DNA from: the human T2T-CHM13v2.0 reference genome, Homo sapiens
DNA: 64,000 nt
Direction: 5' to 3' (one strand)
NCBI RefSeq assembly: GCF_009914755.1
Contig: NC_060926.1
A program made the position numbers and the translations under genes. The notes under the pieces are model-generated. The model did not search any database and had not been told where the DNA came from. It saw only the letters and a list, made by a program, of their open reading frames with translations. How positions within the stretch are numbered: the first letter of the stretch is position 1; the number at the start of each line of letters is the position of its first letter. Below, one piece after another: positions 1-16,078 of the stretch.

Positions 1-299
1 AAATAAAAGATGAAGACATGTTATCTCTGGCTTCAAAAGAGCATATAGTTTTGAATAGGAAGAAAGCATGTATTCAAATAAAGTGCATTTATACCATGCT
101 AATTATTCATGTAAGTTAGGAAGTATCTTCAAGTGAGCCCAGCAGCAGACATCTTTTATCTTCAGGATGGAGTTCCATTTCTGCAAAGAGTAAGATGAGG
201 CCCTTGAACTTCTGGAACACAAGAAATTCACAGGACAGAGCCAAGCCTGTGTGCAAGGTCCCCTGACCAAGTGCTCAGTCGCCATTTCTGTGTTACTAG

Positions 300-683
<384 letters not shown>

Positions 684-1629
684 TGAGAAGGATTTGGAGC
701 TCAGATTAGATCACCTGCACTTAGGTTAAGATGCTCCAATTTTTGACAACGAACAGGAGGAGACGGGCACCTCAGAGCAAGCCCTGGGTAGGACACTTGG
801 AGGAAGAGGGGACTCACTCTGAAATGAGGAAAAGTTAGAGAGTCAGGCTCCTGAGGCAGGAGCCCAGAGGTGCCTGGTGCTCTGCCAGCTTATCCGGTCT
901 ACCTGGCTCTTTCAACCATCCAATCTGTCCCTACCCAGTGTGTCCAGTGCCACATTAAAATGGGCCTCTGATGCCCTCCTCCCACTCACAGATTCCGTCT
1001 TTATCCCTCCCGAGCTGATTTGCACACCACATCTAATTCCCTCCAATCCTCCCAGCCCCAGCCTTGTCATTCATTTTCCCATTGTTCCCTCCCTCCTTCC
1101 TCCCCCTAACCTGACTCCTGATGCCTTCCCTCATCAATCAGGATGCCATCACCCACAGAAGTACTACCTGGGCCACCACTGTGTAGTTCTCACCCAGTCT
1201 GGTCCAGGTCTCAGGGTCCCAACCTCTAAAAACACCCATCTGGATGCCGAAGCTTTTATATCCTAGCCCTGAGCCAGGCAGATCCAGTAGCAGCCCAGGT
1301 GGCCAGCTGGAGTGGAGCAAGAGGAATGGTGGCAGCTGCCAACCAGGTGCAGAGGTCACAGTCTTGGCAGAGCAGAAGTGGCTGCATCATTGTGGGAGGG
1401 CAGTGAGGCTCCAGATGGCAGCAACCATGGCAAGGGCGTGTTGGGATCTGGACCAGAGAGGGGTCTGGCAGGGCTGCAAGGAACTGGACCCAGCCAGAGC
1501 AGGACAGGTGCCAACCCCCAACTCCTGTCCTGAGAGGGAGGGAGGAAAAACTAGAACATCTTCAAGGTGGATCTGGATCTGGATGGCACTTGGGGTACAC
1601 TCCTAGGATAGCTAAAGACACATCCACAT

Positions 1630-1947
1630 ATGGGCTTGGTGGCTCATGCCTGTAATCTCAGCACTTTGGGAGGCCGAGGCAGATCCCTTAAGCCCAGGAG
1701 TTCAAGATCTGCTAGGCAATATGGCAAAACCCAGTCTCTACAAAAAAAAAAAAAAGTGCAAAAAAAGTAGCCGGGTGTGGTGGCACATGCCTGTAGTCTC
1801 AGCTACTCAAAAGGCTGAGGTGGGAGGATCACCTGAGCCCTGAGGTCGAGGCTGCAATGAGCCGAGATCATACCACTGCTCTCCAGCCTGCATGATAGAG
1901 TGAGACTCTGTCTCAAAAAAAAAATAATAATGACAACAACAACAAAA
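1630..1947 (+). mobile_element. Alu SINE (AluJ-type)
   Basis: Sense Alu dimer with A-tail; TSD AAAGACACATCCACA on both sides. Confidence 0.95.
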
Positions 1948-2027
1948 AAAGACACATCCACAACACATTTGCAGCTACAGTTGCCTGCACACAGAGGAAG
2001 AGAGAGATTCTGGGGGCTCTTCCAGAC

Positions 2028-2592
<565 letters not shown>

Positions 2593-2837
2593 TAGGTCTC
2601 AGGTACCTTCTGAGGCAGGAGAACACATGACTGGAGGCCAGGTGCACATGAAAGTTGGGGGCTATAGGCCTGATGGGGGCTCAGGCCAAACCCAGCTCTC
2701 GTGGTGTGCAAGCTCTTGATGGCTCAGAAAGAGAGCAGCTCCAAACGTGAGAGTGACAGCTATACCTCCAGCTTTTCCACCTATGGGAAAGCAAAAGAGA
2801 GAGGAAAGTGAATAACTAATATTAACAAACACGAGAA

Positions 2838-2896
2838 GAGAGCCGAGATCGCACCACTGCACAGAGTGAGACCCTGTCTCAAAAAAAAAAAAAAAA
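2838..2896 (+). mobile_element. Short Alu 3' fragment with internal deletion
   Basis: AGCCGAGATCGCACCACTGCAC/AGAGTGAGACCCTGTCTC plus A-tail. Confidence 0.85.
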
Positions 2897-3316
2897 TGCA
2901 CAGGCATAGTTTGCCTATTGCACTTTACAGATATTGCATTTTTTACAAATTGAAGATTTGTGGCAACCCTGCATTGAACAAGTATATCAGTGCCATTTTT
3001 CCAACAACATGCGTTCACTTTGTGTCTCTGTGTCACATTTTGGTGAAATATTCTTGCAATATTTCAGACTTTATTATTATTATCATTATATGTGTGATGG
3101 TGATCTGTGATCAGTGATCTTCGATGTTACTATTGTGATTGTTTTAGGGGCTCCATGAACCATGCCCATATAAGATGGCAAACTCAATCTATAAATAGTG
3201 TATGTGGTCTGCCTGCTACACTAACCTGCGGTTCCTGGCATCTCTCTTCCTCTCCCCTAGCCTCCCTATTCCCTGAGACACAATAATATTGGAAGTAGGC
3301 CAATTAACCTTGTAAG

Positions 3317-4680
3317 GCCCTCTAAATGTTCAAGTGAAAGGAAGAGTCACATGTCTCTCACTTTAAATCAAAAGCTGGAAATGATTAAGCTTAGTGAGGA
3401 GCGCACATCAAAAGCCAAAGTAGGCCGAAAGCTAGGCCTCAAGGTACCCAAAGTTGTGAAAAGAACAGCCTTATTGTTGATAGGAAGAAAGTGTTAGTGA
3501 TTTAAGTAGAAGAAAAAAACCCAGCCATAACATTTCCTTAAGCCAAAGCCTAATCCATAACAAGGCCCTAACTCTCTTTAATTCTATTGAAGGCTGAGAG
3601 AGGTGTGGAAGCTGCAGAAGAAAAGTTTGAAGCTAGCAGAGGTTGGTTCATGAGGTTTAAGGAAAGAAGCCGTTTCCATAACATAAAAGTGCAAGGTGAA
3701 GTAGCACGTGCTGATGTAGAAGCTGCACCAGGTTATCCAGAAGCTTTAGCTAACATCACTGATGAAGGTGGCTGCACTGAACAACAGATTTTCAATGTAG
3801 AGGAAATAGCCTTGTACTGAAAGAAGATGCCATCCAAGACTTCCATAGCTACAAAGAAGTCAACACCTGGTTTCAAAGCTTCAAAGGACAGGCTGACACT
3901 CTCGTTAGAGGCTAATGCAGCTGGTGATTTTAAGTTGAAGCCAATGCTCATTTACCATTCGGAAAATTCTAGGACCCTTAAGAATTATGTTAAATTGATT
4001 CTGCCTTTGCTGTATAAGTGGAACAGCAAAGCCTGGATGACAGCACAGCATGGTTGATTGAATATTTTAAGCCCACTGTTGAGACCTACTGCTTAGGAAA
4101 AAAGATTCATTTCAAAATAGTACTCCTCATTGACAGTGAACCTGGTCACCCAAAAGCTCTGATGGAGGTTAATGTTGTTTTCATGCCGGCTAACACAACG
4201 TCCATTCTGCAGCCCATGGATCAAGGAGTAATTTCAAATTTCAAGTCTTAATACTTAAGAAATATGTTTCATAAGCCTATAGCTGTCATATGTAATGATT
4301 CCTGTATTAGATCTGGGCAAGGTAAATGGGAAACCTTCTAGAAAGGATTCACCATTCTAGATGTCATTAAGAACTTTGTGATCTGTGCGAGGAGCTCAAA
4401 ATACAAACACTAACAAGAGTTTGGAAGACGTTTATCCCAACCTTCATGGATGACTTTAAGGGGTTCAAGACTTCAGTGGAAGAAATAACTTAAGATGTGG
4501 TGGAAATAGCAAGATAACTAGAATTACAATTCGAGCCTGAAGGTGTGACTGAATTGCTGCAACCTCATGATAAACTTGAATGAATGAGGAGTTGCTTCTT
4601 ATGGATGAGCAAAGAAAGTGGTTTCTTGGGATGGGATCTTCTCCTGGTGAAGATGCCATGAACTTTGTTGAAATGACAAT
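3317..4680 (+). pseudogene. Decayed Tigger1 transposase (CENP-B-type HTH plus DDE domain), with stops and frameshifts
   Basis: ORF pieces [59 protein letters not shown] spread over several frames. Confidence 0.9.
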
Positions 4681-5134
4681 GAAGAAATTATTTTATTTTA
4701 TTTTTAACCTGGCTTGGTAATTTGCATAGAAGGGATTTAGAATCTTACGTAAACTTAGTTGACTAAGCAACAGCAAAGTTTGAGAAGATTAACTCCAATT
4801 TTGAAAGAAGTTCTACTATAGGTAGAATGCAATCAAACAGCATCACATGCTATAGAGAAATCTTTCATAAAAGGAAGAGATCATTAAAGCAGCAGACTTT
4901 TGTGTCTTATTTTTAGAAATTTTTATAGCCAGTCCAATATTCAGCAAACACCATCCTGATCAGTCAGCAGCATGAAGATTGAGGCAAGACCCTCCACCAG
5001 CAAAAAGATTACAACTCATTAAAGACTCAGATAGAATGTTAGCATTTTTTAGCAATAAAGTATTTTTTAATTAAGGCTTTTTTTAGACATAATGCTGTTG
5101 CATACTTAATAGACTATGTATAGTATAAACATAA

Positions 5135-5446
<312 letters not shown>

Positions 5447-5562
5447 TGAGAAACCAAAAAATTTGTGTGACTCGCTTTATTGTGATACTCGCTTTATTGT
5501 GATACTCACCTTATTGTAGCAGTCTGAAACCAAACCCAAAATATCTCCAAGGTATGCCCGTA

Positions 5563-5925
5563 ATTGCAATGAAAAAGAATAAATTTCTGATCATCACAAT
5601 AACGTGAATGCATATCACTGGTATTACGCTAAGCAAAAGAAGTCAGATACACAAGAACACATACTGTATGGTTCCATTTATACGAAGTCTGGAATAGTCG
5701 AAACCAATCAATGGTGATAGAAACCAGAACAGTGTTTACCTGATGGTGGAGTCTGACTACAAAGGAGAGCCCATAGGAACTTTCTGGAGTGATGGAAATG
5801 TTCTGTAGCTTGACTGAGATAGTAATTAGATGATAGACTTATCAAAATTCATCAAATTATACATTAAAATGGATGCATTCTATTGTATATAAATTAGACC
5901 TCAATAAAATTAAATTTTTAAAAAA
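5563..5925 (+). mobile_element. Old L1 (L1ME-type) 3' end
   Basis: AAGCAAAAGAAGTCAGATACACAAGAACACATACTGTATGGTTCCATTTATA...CCTCAATAAA. Confidence 0.8.
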
Positions 5926-6051
5926 TAGCTAAAATTAATTACCATATTCAACTGAAGACAGCATGGATGATGTACTGGTAAGGACAAAAAACCTGCCCCA
6001 AAATAAGAACCTGGAGAATCCACATGCACACAGGCTTTATAGAAATTTCTA

Positions 6052-6332
6052 GGCTGGGCACGGTAGCTAACACCTGTAATCCCAGCACTTTGAGAAGCTG
6101 ATGCTGGCAGATTGCTTGAGCCCAGGAGTTGGAGGCCATCATGGGCAACATAGTGAAATCCTATCTCTACAAAAAAATACAAAAACAGTACCCAGGTTTG
6201 ATGGCGCATGCCTGTGATCCCAGCTACTTGGGAGGTTAAGGTGGGAGGCTCGCTTGAGCCTGGAAGGCGGAGGTTGCGGTGAGCCAAGATCACACCACCG
6301 CACTGGGCAACAGAGTGAGAACTTGTCAACAA
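6052..6332 (+). mobile_element. Alu SINE (AluJ-type)
   Basis: Sense Alu dimer; TSD AGAAATTTCT encloses the Alu plus its purine-repeat tail. Confidence 0.93.
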
Positions 6333-6445
6333 AAGAAGGAAGAAAGAAAGAAAGAAAGAAAGAGAGAGAAAAGGGAGGGAGGGAGGAAGGAAGGAAGGAA
6401 GGAAGGAAGGAAGGAAGGAAGGAAGGAAGGAAGGAAGGAAGGAAA
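6333..6445 (+). repeat. (GAAA)n/(GGAA)n compound microsatellite derived from the Alu tail
   Basis: Direct reading; about 15 GGAA units. Confidence 0.95.
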
Positions 6446-8078
6446 AGAAATTTCTGGCTCTTTGTGGCAGCCAGTTTTGCTAGCAGCTAAACAAATTAAC
6501 TCCAGCACATGCTAGTGACATGTTAGTTTTCGCTTCTGAGTGCTCCTTTTTAGAAGTTGTTGATAACTCATTTGGAAGAGCGCTTGATCATAAATGAAAC
6601 CAAGTCCTTGGACTTGTGCACTCGGCCCTTAGATACAATACATGACTTGCCTCTGGGGATCTGTCTGAGGCCACCGTGTGGAGCTTCTCCACGCCACACT
6701 TTGAGAATCACGGCAGTTCCCACGCTGTCTTCCACACCAGGAACACTCAGACATCCAGCCAGTCTCCAGGGTGCATGACAAGCCTCAACTACCGCACTGC
6801 CTCCCCTGTCTCTGGGGTGCTTTGTGTCCTGTGACCCAGCAGAGCAAGCAAAGGGTTTGCCATGAGGAGTCTTCATGCATCTCCAGTCCATGCCTGAGCT
6901 GTGGTCACCAAATACCCATTTCCTGGCTTGTGACTTACCCTTACGCAACCTGGTGGGCACCCACTTTCTGTCTCATCTGAAGGCTGACTGGCTCTGCCCC
7001 TCACAGGCGGGGGCCAAGGACACCAGATCTCCCGAGGGATGTCTTCTCCTAGGCAGATGCCACTCCATGGAGAGTACAGCCCGGGCCCATCAGATGACCA
7101 TGAGGCAGCCCCTCTTTGCCCTTTTTTTATCTCTGGACAGAGCCACCCCTGGGTCACAAGGAAGGCTGGAGCAGGTGTCTCAAATCTGTGCAGAATCAGA
7201 CAAAGAAGGAAACTCGGGGCATATGGAAAATCAGGGATCCCCTGCTCCACGGCTCCCCCTTACCATGTGTGGATGCACACACACAAGTGGAGGACATGAC
7301 CCGAACCTTGGATCCAAACACTTATCAGTCACATGTTAAGCTGCATGTATAGGCCAGGCTGCACTCTAGGCCCTGCCGCCTAGAACCGTCAGCTTGCTCC
7401 CTCAGAATCAGCCTCCCGGCCAGAAGCTACACAGGCCCTAAGCCACCTCATGCATGAGTTGGGCCCAGCCCAGGGCTCCTGGGTGATGACTGACCTGCTC
7501 CAGCACAAGAAGGGTGGACCAGGTCAGCTCCCCAGGACCCAGGATGGGTGGGTGCCCTCCTCCACCATCTCTGGATTTCCTGGCAGCTCCAAGAGATTCC
7601 TGAACAAAAGGCGTGGTTGTCTGGGGAACCTGGCCTGCCTAGATACCTACTTTAGCTGATTCCGGGAGGGGGCCGACTTGGGCCTCCAGCAGCCCCATCG
7701 CTCTGTTAGCTGTCGGGGGCAGGATCAGCAGGGAGGATGGCGGCACTTGTGGAGGATCAGTCAGTGCGCTCAGAGGAGCACCATGGGATGGGCACGGTCT
7801 CAGGGGCCCCTGAGGCGACTCTGCAGGAACTTGGAGAGCTTTTGAGTGACTCTCCTCATGCTGGGTGCAGTCTCCCAGAGGCAGGACAATGAAGAAGCCA
7901 GGTGTGAGGGTCCTTGAGGGTGGAGTCGGCCACCAGCAGCACTCCCACTGGTCCCTGGCTCACACCCCAACCAAGGAAGCATTCTCCTGTCCCGCCATTG
8001 ACTCTGCGTGCTCCCAGAGGAAAGGGACCGCTTCCTATCCTTCTTTATCAATCCCAGACTAATCTTCACAAGGACATA

Positions 8079-8140
8079 AATAAAACGACGGTTTCGAAGG
8101 CTTTCTTGGGTTCGGTTTTGTTTAGTGTGTTGTATCTGTT
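8079..8140 (+). terminator. Candidate Pol II cleavage/polyadenylation site
   Basis: AATAAA at 8079-8084, then a GT/T-rich element at 8101-8140. Confidence 0.4.
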
Positions 8141-9034
8141 ACTTTAAATATTTATATGAACTAATTCTCTTAAAAAGAAGAAAAACTTTTTAGCTCTGAA
8201 GGATTTGAATGGGAATCATGATTTTGGTGCACTCAAAAGCTATGCACTGTAAAACAATGAAAGCTGTCAGTGAATGCAGAGTGGTTGACCATTCAGGCAT
8301 TGCTCTCTGCTGCAGGGACCCCATCTGTCCCTGGTAAGAAAGGAGGTCCTGGGTCAGAAGGGGAAGCCGGACTGGTCAAGCACCCAGCTGGACCTCACTG
8401 GAGTGGCCACCGCAGGGCCAAAGAGGAAGCAAGCCAGCAGGCAGCCAGCCTTGGACAGAGAGATGATTGCTGTGGGCGACAAACATGATTCTGGGAGAGT
8501 GCCTGAAGGACGTGTGGTAAGAAGCCTCATGGACGGAGCTCCAGCAGGAGGAGACTGCTGGTGGTCTCAGGTGTGAATCATCAAAGCACAGGTGTGCCTG
8601 GTGCTGTATCCTCGTCCACACTCCTGTAATCCAGTGGGACAGAGTAGGAGGGGACATTCCCATGATTCTGAAATCTAAAAGCGTTCACCTTCTGGTCCGA
8701 AATGGTGCCTGGACAAAAACCCCCAGTCTCCATGAATATGTAGAAGACAGAAATTCAGAAGGACTCCCATTTAATGAATGATAATATAAGCTATTGCCAG
8801 GTTGGGGAAAGAAAGTGACATTGGTTATCAGGCAAACAACAATAGGTTAGGAAACGTATCCCCAGGCTTCTGCTGAAGGCAGGCCCACCTTTGTTTCATA
8901 AAATAGAATCTCACCCTAGTTTCTACTCCCAGGTTCAGATTTAGGCATCCCAACCAGAGAACCGGCCATTTCCCTTATTACCCAGCAAGTGCTGTGCCCT
9001 GTGAAGGGGAAGAAATGATCTCACCATGTCACAC

Positions 9035-9665
<631 letters not shown>

Positions 9666-9762
9666 CTGTTCTCCTTTTCTCGGCGGGGTGGGGGGCGGTT
9701 CAGAATGCTTCAAATCAAGAGCCATTTCTCCCTATTCCCAAGGGTAGATGTGAGACTCAAGC

Positions 9763-10248
9763 TGATGCAGGTCGGGCGAGCCCCAGAATGGTGGCTTAGT
9801 CCAGGAGGGTTCTGGGCTTCACCCAGGAAAGAATCCAAGGACGAGCCTGTGGTGTTAGACAACAGTTTTTGCTGAAGCGGCATTGCACAGCAGCAGCAGA
9901 GGTACGGCTCCTTGCAAGCTGGGCTACCCCACAGGCAGTGTGCCCAGAGTCGCTGCTCAAAGGCAGTCCTACAGTCATATTTATACCCACTTTTAATTAC
10001 ATGCAAATTAAGGGGCACATTGTGCAGAAATTTCTAGGAAAGGGGTGGTAACTTCTGGGTCATCGGGTTATTGCCATGGAAAGGGGTGGTAACTTCCGGG
10101 TGTTGCCATGGCAATAGTAAACTGACATGGCACACTGGTGTACGTGTCTTATGGAAAGCTACTTCCGCCTTGGACCTGTTTTACCTAATCCTCAATTTAG
10201 TCCAGTGTCCAAGCCCCACCTCTGGAGTAAGTCCCACCTCCTACCTCA
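9763..10248 (-). mobile_element. ERV1 solo LTR (LTR19A-like)
   Basis: 486 bp, TG...CA termini, perfect 4-bp TSD AAGC; minus-strand start TGAGGTAGGAGGTGGGAC; subfamily name from memory. Confidence 0.85.
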
Positions 10249-10329
10249 AAGCTACTAGGCAAAGCCTTCCTCAGGACTTTTCCCCGGGATACCAGGAAAG
10301 ACAATTGCAACCTCTGTAGACTTCATGGG

Positions 10330-10588
10330 ACAAAACTGGCCAGTGTTCCTTCTTGACACCACATAGAGACTTCTTGCTTGAAAATCAAGCCCAGGCAACA
10401 GGGCAAAGATGGGAAGACACAGCACCAATGCCCTCATTACATTATTTGAACTCCTGGATCCAGCTGTTCCTGAAGCTGACCCCATGCCTTTGATCTCTCA
10501 GTTAAGTGAGCCAATAAATTTCCTTGATTACATTATGCTGTTTGAGCTAAATTTCTTTCCATTGTAAGCAAAAGGATCTAATAAATAC
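10330..10588 (+). mobile_element. MLT1 (ERVL-MaLR) LTR 3' fragment, old subfamily
   Basis: CTGGATCCAGCTGTTCCTGAAGC...GTGAGCCAATAAATTTCC. Confidence 0.7.
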
Positions 10589-10589
10589 T

Positions 10590-12345
<1,756 letters not shown>

Positions 12346-13879
12346 AAGTTTCCAAGATGAGCTTTTATTTAGTAAGATGCTCTGACTTTTGTGCCAACTG
12401 TCTAGAATAACTCCTCTGCTCGTTTTTAACATATTTTAGTGGTTGCAAGTACCGGACTATTTTTGTGTCATTCTAGCCTATTAACCCCTAGATGTGTTGA
12501 TTTCTAGAAAAAAAAAAAAACAATCAGCACCTTGGGGTATTAGTAACCTGCAGGTGCTTCCCTAGATGAAGGAAAAGCCTAAATATAGAAAATTCAACTG
12601 TGAGAATGCACTCATGCCGGTCTGTGATGTGAACGTAAGCAGGTTTTCTTCCTGTGCCCTGTGAATGGAGTGGGGCGTTTAGGCGGATGTCAGGCTACAA
12701 GGCAGCTGTCTACTCTGTGCTCACATCCCTGACTCTATTTCAGGGCCATTTGGCACCGTATGCCCACACCATCCTGTTGGAAGGAGCCCAAGGGAAAGAC
12801 CACTGTGGCTAAGGGCACAAAAGCTAGTCCGTGCCAAGAACCTTCACAGCACTCTGGCTTCACAGGACATGACTTGACCCAAGCAGACAGGCTCTCTCCC
12901 CTCGGAGAACATAGCCGAGAAAAGAGCCACTTGCCCAGGACCCACGGAGACATTCCCCGGACTTACAGAAATAACTTCCCCAAAGCTAGAAGGGACGCCA
13001 CTTCACATGTGTGCCCTCCTCCCAACCGAAAATTGAATCACAGCCCAGGACACGGTCTCCAGCGTGACCTTGAAATGCTTCCTTGCACATTCGTGACCTT
13101 TTTGGCAGGTTTAAATGGTTATAAGGGAAATATTTTTGTAATTTCCATTAAAGGGTTTAAGTTGAGTAGTATAATTCAGCCTTAAATATTTCACCATCAT
13201 TAAAAAGAATTCTCATTTTGTACACCAAAGGGAGCTGCTCTAAGCTTGCCTTGAAACTGTCAGCTGAGTTAGGCAGAATTTTGAGCTTGTAAATGCAACT
13301 ATGGAGAAAGAGTAGAAACTCATTTGGGGAGGAGAGGAGTGGGGGGAGAAGAAGGCTGATTCCAGGAAAGGAAAACAACTCAGCTGGGAGAAAGTGTGGC
13401 CTTTCAGAGGAGGCATATGACTCCATCCTACACCTAAATCACACACATCCTACATCCTAAATCACAAATCCATCGCAAAAACAAAGTGTGGTTTGAAATA
13501 TATGGAGGAGCTGGGTGTCCACCAGATGTCTCATTTGGCTAAAAGAAGAGCCTCTGGAAAGGTCTTAGCTAGTTTTAATAACAAGTTCACGCTAAGAAGA
13601 TGGCCACGGCTAGGAGAGGAACTGACACTGCTGATATAAGGCTGAGCAACACAAGATCTAATGAGTGCAGTGGAAATGACGGAACTTGGAAGACAGCCAC
13701 CTTGGCATCCATCATAGCCAGGAAGGGAACTGTGCAAGGCCAGTGACACAGCTGATCTAAGCTGAGGAACTGTGACTTGAACAAATGTCACCAAAGAGCA
13801 ATAGACCCTACTGAGCAAGGGAGCTTCAGGTTTTTTAAATGTTGACCAGGACCAGGTGAAGCACTATAGAAAACTATCC

Positions 13880-14188
13880 TTTTTTCTTTCTTTCTTTCTT
13901 TTTTTTTTGAGACAGGGTCCTGCTCTGTCACCCAGGCTGGAGTACAGTGACATGATCACAGCTCACTGCAACCTCCACCACCTGGGCTCCAGTGATCCTC
14001 CCACCTCAGCCTCCTGAATAGCTAGGACCACAGGTGTGTGCCACCACATCTTGCTAGTTTTTATATTTTTGGTAGAGACAAAGTTTCACCATGTTGCGCA
14101 GGTTGGTCTCGAACTCCGGAGGTCAAGCAATTCACCTGTTGGCCTCCCAAAGTGTTGGGATTACAGGCTTAAGCCACTATACCCCACC
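13880..14188 (-). mobile_element. Alu SINE (AluJ-type)
   Basis: Antisense dimer with T-tail. Confidence 0.93.
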
Positions 14189-14654
14189 AAAAACCATCAT
14201 TTATGTTGACATTGGTCAGTTAATCAATGCTCTGTGGTCATAATTTTCCCACAGCTGTTCATGACTGCATGAAATATAATCCAGGTCAGACTGTAAACCC
14301 TTCACCCTAACAATATCATAAGGTTTGGGGACCCTCCTGAGGATGTCCCCCAGATTCGGTGTTCTGCTCATCTGCTCCTCCAACCTCCCTATCAGGAAAG
14401 GCTTATCATGTGCACAGCATGCCCTGTTGGAGGGGGACAATTTCTCGTTCCTAGTGACTGCCTTACACAACTCTTTAATAATAAGAAGATCTTAAATATT
14501 TCAGAAAGCATGCAAAACTGTCTATATCCATTCCCTTTCCATTTCAGATGTGTTTATTTTGTACCTTCTTTCACCTTCGTCTTCTCCATCTCCTTCAGTG
14601 TTGGACGGAATGGTCCCCCTTTGCCAGTTACTTCACTATTCTGTAATGCAACAC

Positions 14655-14785
14655 AACTTCATTCGTTTAATTCATTGCCACAAACATTTTTTTTGAGTGC
14701 CAACTATGTGTCTGGCGTTGAGCTAGAATCTGAACGTACAGGAATACATAAGGCAGAGGTCCCCGTTCTCAATAAACTTGTAGGA
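14655..14785 (-). mobile_element. L2 3' fragment
   Basis: CATTCG...AAACATTTTTTTGAGTGCCAACTATGTGTCTGGC antisense L2 tail. Confidence 0.65.
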
Positions 14786-14879
14786 CAGAGAAACTCTCCA
14801 TGTGCTTAGGTGGGCTGTTGTCAGAGAGGTGGGTTTCTGAACCTCAAATGCCATTTGGCCTCCTTGAAAAATGCCCTGT

Positions 14880-15065
14880 TGTGGAAAGACTCTGAAACAG
14901 TCCCCATGATCCCAGCTTCCTGGTGTTGGCACCTTCCTGTGGTGCCCTCTGCTTGGGTGTGGGCAAGACCTGTCACTTGCTTCCAACTAACAGAATATGG
15001 CAAAGGTGATGGGATGTCAGTCTGTGACTACGCAACATTATATAAGGCTCTGTCTCAGCAGACCA
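14880..15065 (+). mobile_element. MLT1E-type LTR 5' fragment
   Basis: CACTTGCTTCCAACTAACAGAATATGGCAAAGGTGATGGGATGTCA. Confidence 0.7.
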
Positions 15066-15079
15066 GATCCCCAGCCAGT

Positions 15080-15720
<641 letters not shown>

Positions 15721-15816
15721 ATTACTAGGTTAATTAATTGATTAATTGATATTATTACTATTATCTTGCCCTTCAATGGAGCCAGTTGTCATCTTAGTCT
15801 TTAGACTATAGCTTCT

Positions 15817-16043
15817 TGAGGGCAGAGACTCTATGTGAAAAATTTCACATTCCCTAAATACTTAGCAGGTTGATGAATGAATGAATGAGCAAATGAACAA
15901 ACAAATGGTCTAGGGACCAGAGGCAAATAGCACATTAGAAGTGCGGGGCCTATTAGAATGATTTTGAATGGAGACTCAGAATTTATTCTTACTGCAGCCA
16001 CTCAAGCTTATATTTCAACTGCTTGTAAAAGGAATAGGCCCTG

Positions 16044-16078
<35 letters not shown>

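Noticed and set aside
3587-4251. Possible domesticated TIGD-like gene
   Set aside because: The transposase is broken by stops, frameshifts and a deletion, and the first catalytic motif is altered (FNVEE); it is a dead Tigger1 copy.
6254-6515. Charged-repeat ORFs ([16 protein letters not shown])
   Set aside because: These are translations of the GGAA microsatellite.
13425-13467. Small tandem duplications (also about 9038-9095, 29325-29354, 40088-40139, 52943-52965)
   Set aside because: Ordinary slippage-type duplications with no further structure.
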